Assembly: GCA_964016885.1 (NCBI GenBank)
Contig: CAXHJY010001477.1
Span: forward strand, 372,001 to 436,000
DNA from: Eledone cirrhosa
Taxonomy: Eukaryota
Direction: 5' to 3'
DNA length: 64,000 nt
Shown here: positions 13,301 to 26,447 of the stretch, in pieces
Layout of the letters: each line of letters starts with the position of its first letter
Numbering within the stretch: position 1 is the first letter of the stretch
Made by a program: the position numbers and the translations under genes
The notes under the pieces: generated by a model
Databases searched by the model: none
Told to the model about the DNA's origin: nothing
What the model saw: the letters and a program-made list of their open reading frames with translations, nothing else

Positions 13301-13830
13301 TTAAATTAATCTATCACCTGAAGAAGGATAAATCACACCTGAGTTTGTTATATTAATCAATCACCTGAAGAAGGAGAAATCACACCTGACTTTGCCAAAT
13401 TAATCTATCACCTGAAGAAGTATAAATCACACCAGAGTTTCTTTAATTAATCTATCACCTGAAGAAGGATAAATCACACCTGAGATTCTTAAATTAATCA
13501 ATCACCTGAAGAAGTATAAATCACACCAGAGTTTCTTAAATTAATCTATCACCCCAAGAAGGATAAATCACGTCTGAGCTTCTTAAATTAATCTATCACC
13601 TGAAGAAGGATAAATCACACCCGAGTTTGTTAACATAATCTATCACCTGGATAAGGATAAATCACGTCTGAGTTTCTTAAATTAATCTATCACCTGAAGA
13701 AGAATAAATCACACCTGAGTTTCTTAAATTAATCTATCACCTGAAGAAGGCTAAATCATGTCTGATTTTCTTAAATTAATCTATCACCTGAAGAAGGAGA
13801 AATCACACCCAAGTTTGTTAACTTAATCTA
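9740..13830 (+). repeat. Copy of ~670-4850 (offset 9,073 bp, shrinking by whole monomers through deletions)
   Basis: TCACCCCAAG at 1421/10494 and CACCACAG at 2901/11974 (offset 9,073); TTCTTCAATT at 3145/12171 (9,026, one monomer lost). The 46-bp ACCGAG monomer (~3231/~12257) and the AATGACAC variant are shared. Confidence 0.82.
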
Positions 13831-14239
13831 TCACCTGAAGAAGGAGAAATCACACCTGAGTTTGTTAAATTAATCTATCACCTGAAGAAGGAGAAATCAC
13901 ACCCGAGTTTGTTAACATAATCTATCACCTGAAGAAGGAGAAATCACACCTGAGTTTGTTAAATTAATCTATCACCTGAAGAAGCATAAATCACACCCGA
14001 GTTTGTTAAATTAATCTATCACCTGAAGAAGGAGAAATCACACCCGAGTTTGTTAACATAATCTATCACCTGAAGAAGGATAAATCACACCTGAGTCTCT
14101 GAAATTAGTCCATCACCTGAAGGAGAATAAATCACATCTGAGTTTCTTAAATTAGTCTATCACCTGAAGAAGGATAAATCACACCAGAGTTTCTTAAATT
14201 AATCAATCACCTGAAGAAGTATAAATCACACCAGAGTTT

Positions 14240-17085
14240 CTTAAATTAATCTATCACCTGAAGAAGGATAAATCACACCTGAGTTTCTTAAATTAATCAA
14301 TCACCTGAAGAAGTATAAATCACACCAGAGTTTCTTAAATTAATCTATCACCTGAAGAAGGATAAATCACACCTGAGTTTCTTAAATTAATCTATCACCT
14401 GAAGAAGGATAAATAACATCTGAGTTTCTTAAAATTAATCTATCACCTGAAGAAGGATAAATAACACCTGACTTTGTTAAATTAATCTATCACCTGAAGA
14501 AGTATAAATCACACCAGAGTTTCTTTAATTAATCTATCACCTGAAGAAGGATAAATCACACCTGAGTTTGTTAAATTAATCTATCACATGAAGACGGATA
14601 AATAACACCCGAGTTTCTTAAATTAATCTATCACCTGAAGAAGGATAAATCACACCCGAGTTTTTCATATTAATCAATCACCTGAAGAAGCATAAATCAC
14701 ACCCGAGTTTGTTAAATTAATCTATCACCTGAAGAAGGAGAAATCACACCCGAGTTTGTTAACATAATCTATCACCTGAAGAAGGATAAATCACACCTGA
14801 GTTTCTGAAATTAATCTATCACCTGAAGGAGAATAAATCACACCTGAGTTTCTTAAATTAGTCTATCACCTGAAGAAGGATAAATCACACCAGAGTTTCT
14901 TAAATTAATCTATCACCTGAAGAAGGATAAATCACACCTGAGTTTGTTAAATTAATCAATCACCTGAAGAAGGAGAAATCACACCTGACTTTGTCAAATT
15001 AATCTATCACCTGAAGAAGTATAAATCACACCAGAGTTTCTTTAATTAATCTATCACCTGAAGAAGGATAAATCACACCTGAGTTTCTTAAATTAATCAA
15101 TCACCTGAAGAAGTATAAATCACACCAGAGTTTCTTAAATTAATCTATCACCCCAAGAAGGATAAATCACGTCTGAGCTTCTTAAATTAATCTATCACCT
15201 GAAGAAGGATAAATCACACCCGAGTTTGTTAACATAATCTATCACCTGAAGAAGGATAAATCACGTCTGAGTTTCTTAAATTAATCTATCACCTGAAGAA
15301 GAATAAATCACACCTGAGTTTCTTAAATTAATCTATCACCTGAAGAAGGCTAAATCATGTCTGATTTTCTTAAATTAATCTATCACCTGAAGAAGGAGAA
15401 ATCACACCCAAGTTTGTTAACTTAATCTATCACCTGAAGAAGGAGAAATCACACCTGAGTTTGTTAAATTAATCTATCACCTGAAGAAGGATAAACCACA
15501 CCCGAGTTTCTTAAATTAATCTATCACCTGAAGAAGGATAAATCACACCCGAGTTTTTTATATTAATCAATCACCTGAAGAAGCATAAATCACACCCGAG
15601 TTTGTTAAATTAATCTATCACCTGAAGAAGGAGAAATCACACCCGAGTTTGTTAACATAATCTATCACCTGAAGAAGGATAAATCACACCTGAGTCTCTG
15701 AAATTAGTCCATCACCTGAAGGAGAATAAATCACATCTGAGTTTCTTAAATTAGTCTATCACCTGAAGAAGGATAAATCACACCAGAGTTTCTTAAATTA
15801 ATCTATCACCTGAAGAAGGATAAATCACACCTGAGTTTCTTAAATTAATCAATCACCTGAAGAAGTATAAATCACACCAGAGTTTCTTAAATTAATCTAT
15901 CACCTGAAGAAGGATAAATCACACCTGAGTTTCTTAAATTAATCTATCACCTGAAGAAGGATAAATAACATCTGAGTTTCTTAAAATTAATCTATCACCT
16001 GAAGAAGGATAAATAACACCTGACTTTGTTAAATTAATCTATCACCTGAAGAAGTATAAATCACACCAGAGTTTCTTTAATTAATCTATCACCTGAAGAA
16101 GGATAAATCACACCTGAGTTTGTTAAATTAATCTATCACATGAAGACGGATAAATAACACCCGAGTTTCTTAAATTAATCTATCACCTGAAGAAGGATAA
16201 ATCACACCCGAGTTTTTCATATTAATCAATCACCTGAAGAAGCATAAATCACACCCGAGTTTGTTAAATTAATCTATCACCTGAAGAAGGAGAAATCACA
16301 CCCGAGTTTGTTAACATAATCTATCACCTGAAGAAGGATAAATCACACCTGAGTTTCTGAAATTAATCTATCACCTGAAGGAGAATAAATCACACCTGAG
16401 TTTCTTAAATTAGTCTATCACCTGAAGAAGGATAAATCACACCAGAGTTTCTTAAATTAATCTATCACCTGAAGAAGGATAAATCACACCTGAGTTTGTT
16501 AAATTAATCAATCACCTGAAGAAGGAGAAATCACACCTGACTTTGTCAAATTAATCTATCACCTGAAGAAGTATAAATCACACCAGAGTTTCTTTAATTA
16601 ATCTATCACCTGAAGAAGGATAAATCACACCTGAGTTTCTTAAATTAATCAATCACCTGAAGAAGTATAAATCACACCAGAGTTTCTTAAATTAATCTAT
16701 CACCCCAAGAAGGATAAATCACGTCTGAGCTTCTTAAATTAATCTATTACCTGAAGAAGGATAAATCACACCCGAGTTTGTTAACATAATCTATCACCTG
16801 AAGAAGGATAAATCACGTCTGAGTTTCTTAAATTAATCTATCACCTGAAGAAGAATAAATCACACCTGAGTTTCTTAAATTAATCTATCACCTGAAGAAG
16901 GCTAAATCATGTCTGATTTTCTTAAATTAATCTATCACCTGAAGAAGGAGAAATCACACCCAAGTTTGTTAACTTAATCTATCACCTGAAGAAGGAGAAA
17001 TCACACCTGAGTTTGTTAAATTAATCTATCACCTGAAGAAGGATAAACCACACCCGAGTTTCTTAAATTAATCTATCACCTGAAG
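14240..17085 (+). repeat. Tandem 33-mer HOR variant (1,552 bp period)
   Basis: The 48-bp monomer AAAA run lies at 14431/15983 and CACATG at 14585/16137, both offset 1,552 = 33x47+1. Confidence 0.8.
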
Positions 17086-18993
17086 AAGCATAAATCACAC
17101 CCGAGTTTGTTAAATTAATCTATCACCCGAAGAAGGATAAATCACACCTGAGTTTGTTAAATTAATCTATCACCTGAAGAAGGATAAATCACACCTGAGT
17201 TTATTAAATTAATCTATCACCTGAAGATGGATAAATAACACCTGAGTTTATTAAATTAATCTATCACCTGAAGAAGGATAAATCACACCTGAGTTTGTTA
17301 AATTAATCTATCACATGAAGACGGATAAATAACACCCGAGTTTCTTAAATTAATCTATCACCTGAAGAAGGATAAATCACACCCGAATTTTTTATATTAA
17401 TCAATCACCTGAAGAAGCATAAATCACACCCGAGTTTGTTAAATTAATCTATCACCTGAAGAAAGATAAATCACACCCGAGTTTGTTAACATAATCTATC
17501 ACCTGAAGAAGGATAAATCACACCTGAGTCTCTGAAATTAATCTATCACCTGAAGGAGAATAAATCACACCTGAGTTTCTTAAATTAGTCTATCACCTGA
17601 AGAAGGATAAATCACACCAGAGTTTCTTAAATTAATCTATCACCTGAAGAAGGATAAATCACACCTGAGTTTGTTAAATTAATCAATCACCTGAAGAAGT
17701 ATAAATCACACCAGAGTTTCTTAAATTAATCTATCACCTGAAGAAGGATAAATCACACCTGAGTTTCTTAAATTAATCTATCACCTGAAGAAGGATAAAT
17801 AACATCTGAGTTTCTTAAAATTAATCTATCACCTGAAGAAGGATAAATAACACCCGAGTTTCTTAAATTAATCTATCACCTGAAGAAGGATAAATCACAC
17901 CCGAGTTTTTTATATTAATCAATCACCTGAAGAAGCATAAATCACACCCAAGTTTGTTAAATTAATCTATCACCTGAAGAAGGAGAAATCACACCCGAGT
18001 TTGTTAACATAATCTATCACCTGAAGAAGGATAAATCACACCTGAGTTTCTGAAATTAATCTATCACCTGAAGGAGAATAAATCACACCTGAGTTTCTTA
18101 AATTAGTCTATCACCTGAAGAAGGATAAATCACACCAGAGTTTCTTAAATTAATCTATCACCTGAAGAAGGATAAATCACACCTGAGTTTGTTAAATTAA
18201 TCAATCACCTGAAGAAGTATAAATCACACCAGAGTTTCTTTAATTAATCTATCACCTGAAGAAGGATAAATCACACCTGAGTTTCTTAAATTAATCAATC
18301 ACCTGAAGAAGTATAAATTACACCAGAGTTTCTTAAATTAATCTATCACCCCAAGAAGGATAAATCACGTCTGAGTTTCTTAAATTAATCTATCACCTGA
18401 AGAAGGATAAATCACACCCGAGTTTGTTAACATAATCTATCACCTGAAGAAGGATAAATCACGTCTGAGTTTCTTAAATTAATCTATCACCTGAAGAAGG
18501 ATAAATCACACCCAAGTTTGTTAACTTAATCTATCACCCGAAGAAGGATAAATCACACCTGAGTTTCTTAAATTAATCTATCACCTGAAGACGGATAAAT
18601 AACACCCGAGTTTCTTAAATTAATCTATCACCTGAAGAAGGATAAATCACACCTGAGTTTCTTAAATTAATTAATCACCTGAAGAAGTATAAATCACACC
18701 AGAGTTTCTTAAATTAATCTATCACCTGAAGAATGATAAATCATACCTGAGTTTGTTAAATTAATCTATCACCTGAAGAAGGATAAATAACACCCGAGTT
18801 TCTTAAATTAATCTATCACCTGAAGAAGGATAAATCACACCTGAGTTTGTTAAATTAATCAATCACCTGAAGAAGTATAAATCACACCAGAGTTTCTTAA
18901 ATTAATCTATCACCTGAAGGATAAATCACACCTGAGTTTCTTAAATTAATCTATCACCTGAAGAAGGATAAATCACACCCAAGTTTGTTAACT

Positions 18994-19019
18994 TAATCTA
19001 TCACCTGAGTTTGTTAAAT
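18994..19019 (+). repeat. 26-bp deletion monomer (21 bp lost between the two CACCTGA cores); also at 28094, 31785, 35476, 37850, 43607, 48706
   Basis: Reads TAATCTATCACCTGAGTTTGTTAAAT: the first CACCTGA is fused directly to the GTTT that normally follows the second CACCTGA. Confidence 0.95.
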
Positions 19020-22000
19020 TAATCTATCACACGAAGAAGGATAAATCACACCTGAGTTTCTTAAATTAATCTATCACCTGAAGAAGGATAAATCACACCT
19101 GAGTTTGTTAAATTAATCTATCACCTGAAGAAGCATAAATCACACCCGAGTTTGTTAAATTAATCTATCACCTGAAGAAGGATAAATCACACCTGAGTTT
19201 GTTAAATTAATCTATCACCTGAAGAAGGATAAATCACACCTGAGTTTATTAAATTAATCTATCACCTGAAGATGTATAAATAACACCTGAGTTTATTAAA
19301 TTAATCTATCACCTGAAGAAGGATAAATCACACCTGAGTTTGTTAAATTAATCTATCACATGAAGACGGATAAATAACACCCGAGTTTCTTAAATTAATC
19401 TATCACCTGAAGAAGGATAAATCACACCCGAGTTTTTCATATTAATCAATCATCTGAAGAAGCATAAATCACACCCGAGTTTGTTAACTTAATCTATCAC
19501 CCGAAGAAGGATAAATCACACCTGAGTTTGTTAAATTAATCTATCACCTGAAGAAGGATAAATCACACCTGAGTTTATTAAATTAATCTATCACCTGAAG
19601 AAGGATAAATCACACCTGAGTTTCTTAAATTAATCTATCACCTGAAGAAGGATAAATAACATCTGAGTTTCTTAAAATTAATCTATCACCTGAAGAAGGA
19701 TAAATAACACCTGACTTTGTTAAATTAATCTATCACCTGAAGAAGTATAAATCACACCAGAGTTTCTTTAATTAATCTATCACCTGAAGAAGGATAAATC
19801 ACACCTGAGTTTGTTAAATTAATCTATCACATGAAGACGGATAAATAACACCCGAGTTTCTTAAATTAATCTATCACCTGAAGAAGGATAAATCACACCC
19901 GAGTTTTTTATATTAATCAATCACCTGAAGAAGCATAAATCACACCCGAGTTTGTTAAATTAATCTATCACCTGAAGAAGGAGAAATCACACCCGAGTTT
20001 GTTAACATAATCTATCACCTGAAGAAGGATAAATCACACCTGAGTTTCTGAAATTAATCTATCACGTGAAGGAGAATAAATCACACCTGAGTTTCTTAAA
20101 TTAGTCTATCACCTGAAGAAGGATAAATCACACCAGAGTTTCTTAAATTAATCTATCACCTGAAGAAGGATAAATCACACCTGAGTTTGTTAAATTAATC
20201 AATCACCTGAAGAAGGAGAAATCACACCTGACTTTGTCAAATTAATCTATCACCTGAAGAAGTATAAATCACACCAGAGTTTCTTTAATTAATCTATCAC
20301 CTGAAGAAGGATAAATCACACCTGAGTTTCTTAAATTAATCAATCACCTGAAGAAGTATAAATCACACCAGAGTTTCTTAAATTAATCTATCACCCCAAG
20401 AAGGATAAATAACGTCTGAGCTTCTTAAATTAATCTATCACCTGAAGAAGGATAAATCACACCCGAGTTTGTTAACATAATCTATCACCTGAAGAAGGAT
20501 AAATCACGTCTGAGTTTCTTAAATTAATCTATCACCTGAAGAAGGAGAAATCACACCCAAGTTTGTTAACTTAATCTATCACCTGAAGAAGGAGAAATCA
20601 CACCTGAGTTTGTTAAATTAATCTATCACCTGAAGAAGGATAAACCACACCCGAGTTTCTTAAATTAATCTATCACCTGAAGAAGCATAAATCACACCCG
20701 AGTTTGTTAAATTAATCTATCACCCGAAGAAGGATAAATCACACCTGAGTTTGTTAAATTAATCTATCACCTGAAGAAGGATAAATCACACCTGAGTTTA
20801 TTAAATTAATCTATCACCTGAAGATGGATAAAAAACACCTGAGTTTATTAAATTAATCTATCACCTGAAGAAGGATAAATCACACCTGAGTTTGTTAAAT
20901 TAATCTATCACATGAAGACGGATAAATAACACCCGAGTTTCTTAAATTAATCTATCACCTGAAGAAGGATAAATCACACCCGAGTTTTTTATATTAATCA
21001 ATCACCTGAAGAAGCATAAATCACACCCGAGTTTGTTAAATTAATCTATCACCTGAAGACGGAGAAATCACACCCGAGTTTGTTAACATAATCTATCACC
21101 TGAAGAAGGATAAATCGCACCTGAGTCTCTGAAATTAATCTATCACCTGAAGGAGAATAAATCACACCTGAGTTTCTTAAATTAGTCTATCACCTGAAGA
21201 AGGAAAAATCACACCAGAGTTTCTTAAATTAATCTATCACCTGAAGAAGGATAAATCACACCTGAGTTTGTTAAATTAATCAATCACCTGAAGAAGTATA
21301 AATCACACCAGAGTTTCTTAAATTAATCTATCACCTGAAGAAGGATAAATCACACCTGAGTTTCTTAAATTAATCTATCACCTGAAGAAGGATAAATAAC
21401 ATCTGAGTTTCTTAAAATTAATCTATCACCTGAAGAAGGATAAATAACACCTGACTTTGTTAAATTAATCTATCACCTGAAGAAGTATAAATCACACCAG
21501 AGTTTCTTTAATTAATCTATCACCTGAAGAAGGATAAATCACACCTGAGTTTGTTAAATTAATCTATCACATGAAGACGGATAAATAACACCCGAGTTTA
21601 TTAAATTAATCTATCACCTGAAGAAGGATGAATCACACCCGAGTTTTTCATATTAATCAATCACCTGAAGAAGCATAAATCACACCCGAGTTTGTTAAAT
21701 TAATCTATCACCTGAAGAAGGATAAATCACACCTGAGTTTCTGAAATTAATCTATTACCTGAAGGAGAATAAATCACACCTGAGTTTCTTAAATTAGTCT
21801 ATCACCTGAAGAAGGATAAATCACACCAGAGTTTCTTAAATTAATCTATCACCTGAAGAAGGATAAATCACACCTGAGTTTGTTAAATTAATCAATCACC
21901 TGAAGAAGTATAAATCACACCAGAGTTTCTTTCATTAATCTATCACCTGAAGAAGGATAAATCACACCTGAGTTTCTTAAATTAATCAATCACCTGAAGA

Positions 22001-23342
22001 AGTATAAATTACACCAGAGTTTCTTAAATTAATCTATCACCCCAAGAAGGATAAATCACGTCTGAGTTTCTTAAATTAATCTATCACCTGAAGAAGGATA
22101 AATCACACCCGAGTTTGTTAACATAATCTATCACCTGAAGAAGGATAAATCACGTCTGAGTTTCTTAAATTAATCTATCACCTGAAGAAGAATAAATCAC
22201 ACCTGAGTTTCTTAAATTAATCTATCACCTGAAGAAGGCTAAATCATGTCTGATTTTCTTAAATTAATCTATCACCTGAAGAAGGAGAAATCACACCCAA
22301 GTTTGTTAACTTAATCTATCACCTGAAGAAGGAGAAATCACACCGGAGTTTGTTAAATTAATCTATCACCTGAAGAAGGATAAACCACACCCGAGTTTCT
22401 TAAATTAATCTATCACCTGAAGAAGCATAAATCACACCCGAGTTTGTTAAATTAATCTATCACCCGAAGAAGGATAAATCACACCTGAGTTTGTTAAATT
22501 AATCTATCACCTGAAGAAGGATAAATCACACCTGAGTTTATTAAATTAATCTATCACCTGAAGATGGATAAATAACACCTGAGTTTATTAAATTAATCTA
22601 TCACCTGAAGAAGGATAAATCACACCTGAGTTTGTTAAATTAATCTATCACATGAAGACGGATAAATAACACCCGAGTTTCTTAAAATTAATCTATCACC
22701 TGAAGAAGGATAAATAACACCTGACTTTGTTAAATTAATCAATCACCTGAAGAAGTATAAATTACACCAGAGTTTCTTAAATTAATCTATCACCCCAAGA
22801 AGGATAAATCACGTCTGAGTTTCTTAAATTAATCTATCACCTGAAGAAGGATAAATCACACCCGAGTTTGTTAACATAATCTATCACCTGAAGAAGGATA
22901 AATCACGTCTGAGTTTCTTAAATTAATCTATCACCTGAAGAAGAATAAATCACACCTGAGTTTCTTAAATTAATCTATCACCTGAAGAAGGCTAAATCAT
23001 GTCTGATTTTCTTAAATTAATCTATCACCTGAAGAAGGAGAAATCACACCCAAGTTTGTTAACTTAATCTATCACCTGAAGAAGGAGAAATCACACCGGA
23101 GTTTGTTAAATTAATCTATCACCTGAAGAAGGATAAACCACACCCGAGTTTCTTAAATTAATCTATCACCTGAAGAAGCATAAATCACACCCGAGTTTGT
23201 TAAATTAATCTATCACCCGAAGAAGGATAAATCACACCTGAGTTTGTTAAATTAATCTATCACCTGAAGAAGGATAAATCACACCTGAGTTTATTAAATT
23301 AATCTATCACCTGAAGATGGATAAATAACACCTGAGTTTATT

Positions 23343-26300
23343 AAATTAATCTATCACCTGAAGAAGGATAAATCACACCTGAGTTTCTTAAATTAATCTA
23401 TCACCTGAAGAAGGATAAATAACATCTGAGTTTCTTAAAATTAATCTATCACCTGAAGAAGGATAAATAACACCTGACTTTGTTAAATTAATCTATCACC
23501 TGAAGAAGTATAAATCACACCAGAGTTTCTTTAATTAATCTATCACCTGAAGAAGGATAAATCACACCTGAGTTTGTTAAATTAATCTATCACATGAAGA
23601 CGGATAAATAACACCCGAGTTTCTTAAATTAATCTATCACCTGAAGAAGGATAAATCACACCCGAGTTTTTTATATTAATCAATCACCTGAAGAAGCATA
23701 AATCACACCCGAGTTTGTTAAATTAATCTATCACCTGAAGAAGGAGAAATCACACCCGAGTTTGTTAACATAATCTATCACCTGAAGAAGGATAAATCAC
23801 ACCTGAGTTTCTGAAATTAATCTATCACGTGAAGGAGAATAAATCACACCTGAGTTTCTTAAATTAGTCTATCACCTGAAGAAGGATAAATCACACCAGA
23901 GTTTCTTAAATTAATCTATCACCTGAAGAAGGATAAATCACACCTGAGTTTGTTAAATTAATCAATCACCTGAAGAAGGAGAAATCACACCTGACTTTGT
24001 CAAATTAATCTATCACCTGAAGAAGTATAAATCACACCAGAGTTTCTTTAATTAATCTATCACCTGAAGAAGGATAAATCACACCTGAGTTTCTTAAATT
24101 AATCAATCACCTGAAGAAGTATAAATCACACCAGAGTTTCTTAAATTAATCTATCACCCCAAGAAGGATAAATAACGTCTGAGCTTCTTAAATTAATCTA
24201 TCACCTGAAGAAGGATAAATCACACCCGAGTTTGTTAACATAATCTATCACCTGAAGAAGGATAAATCACGTCTGAGTTTCTTAAATTAATCTATCACCT
24301 GAAGAAGGAGAAATCACACCCAAGTTTGTTAACTTAATCTATCACCTGAAGAAGGAGAAATCACACCTGAGTTTGTTAAATTAATCTATCACCTGAAGAA
24401 GGATAAACCACACCCGAGTTTCTTAAATTAATCTATCACCTGAAGAAGCATAAATCACACCCGAGTTTGTTAAATTAATCTATCACCCGAAGAAGGATAA
24501 ATCACACCTGAGTTTGTTAAATTAATCTATCACCTGAAGAAGGATAAATCACACCTGAGTTTATTAAATTAATCTATCACCTGAAGATGGATAAAAAACA
24601 CCTGAGTTTATTAAATTAATCTATCACCTGAAGAAGGATAAATCACACCTGAGTTTGTTAAATTAATCTATCACATGAAGACGGATAAATAACACCCGAG
24701 TTTCTTAAATTAATCTATCACCTGAAGAAGGATAAATCACACCCGAGTTTTTTATATTAATCAATCACCTGAAGAAGCATAAATCACACCCGAGTTTGTT
24801 AAATTAATCTATCACCTGAAGACGGAGAAATCACACCCGAGTTTGTTAACATAATCTATCACCTGAAGAAGGATAAATCGCACCTGAGTCTCTGAAATTA
24901 ATCTATCACCTGAAGGAGAATAAATCACACCTGAGTTTCTTAAATTAGTCTATCACCTGAAGAAGGAAAAATCACACCAGAGTTTCTTAAATTAATCTAT
25001 CACCTGAAGAAGGATAAATCACACCTGAGTTTGTTAAATTAATCAATCACCTGAAGAAGTATAAATCACACCAGAGTTTCTTAAATTAATCTATCACCTG
25101 AAGAAGGATAAATCACACCTGAGTTTCTTAAATTAATCTATCACCTGAAGAAGGATAAATAACATCTGAGTTTCTTAAAATTAATCTATCACCTGAAGAA
25201 GGATAAATAACACCTGACTTTGTTAAATTAATCTATCACCTGAAGAAGTATAAATCACACCAGAGTTTCTTTAATTAATCTATCACCTGAAGAAGGATAA
25301 ATCACACCTGAGTTTGTTAAATTAATCTATCACATGAAGACGGATAAATAACACCCGAGTTTATTAAATTAATCTATCACCTGAAGAAGGATGAATCACA
25401 CCCGAGTTTTTCATATTAATCAATCACCTGAAGAAGCATAAATCACACCCGAGTTTGTTAAATTAATCTATCACCTGAAGAAGGATAAATCACACCTGAG
25501 TTTCTGAAATTAATCTATTACCTGAAGGAGAATAAATCACACCTGAGTTTCTTAAATTAGTCTATCACCTGAAGAAGGATAAATCACACCAGAGTTTCTT
25601 AAATTAATCTATCACCTGAAGAAGGATAAATCACACCTGAGTTTGTTAAATTAATCAATCACCTGAAGAAGTATAAATCACACCAGAGTTTCTTTCATTA
25701 ATCTATCACCTGAAGAAGGATAAATCACACCTGAGTTTCTTAAATTAATCAATCACCTGAAGAAGTATAAATTACACCAGAGTTTCTTAAATTAATCTAT
25801 CACCCCAAGAAGGATAAATCACGTCTGAGTTTCTTAAATTAATCTATCACCTGAAGAAGGATAAATCACACCCGAGTTTGTTAACATAATCTATCACCTG
25901 AAGAAGGATAAATCACGTCTGAGTTTCTTAAATTAATCTATCACCTGAAGAAGAATAAATCACACCTGAGTTTCTTAAATTAATCTATCACCTGAAGAAG
26001 GCTAAATCATGTCTGATTTTCTTAAATTAATCTATCACCTGAAGAAGGAGAAATCACACCCAAGTTTGTTAACTTAATCTATCACCTGAAGAAGGAGAAA
26101 TCACACCGGAGTTTGTTAAATTAATCTATCACCTGAAGAAGGATAAACCACACCCGAGTTTCTTAAATTAATCTATCACCTGAAGAAGCATAAATCACAC
26201 CCGAGTTTGTTAAATTAATCTATCACCCGAAGAAGGATAAATCACACCTGAGTTTGTTAAATTAATCTATCACCTGAAGAAGGATAAATCACACCTGAGT

Positions 26301-26447
26301 TTATTAAATTAATCTATCACCTGAAGATGGATAAATAACACCTGAGTTTATTAAATTAATCTATCACCTGAAGAAGGATAAATCACACCTGAGTTTGTTA
26401 AATTAATCTATCACATGAAGACGGATAAATAACACCCGAGTTTCTTA
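23343..26447 (+). repeat. Copy of ~19580-22684 (offset 3,763 bp, 80 monomers)
   Basis: CACGTG at 20063/23826. The rare variants GATAAAAAACAC, AAATCGCAC, GGAAAAATC, CTATTACC and CACCGGAG are shared in the same order. 3,763 = 80x47+3. Confidence 0.85.
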
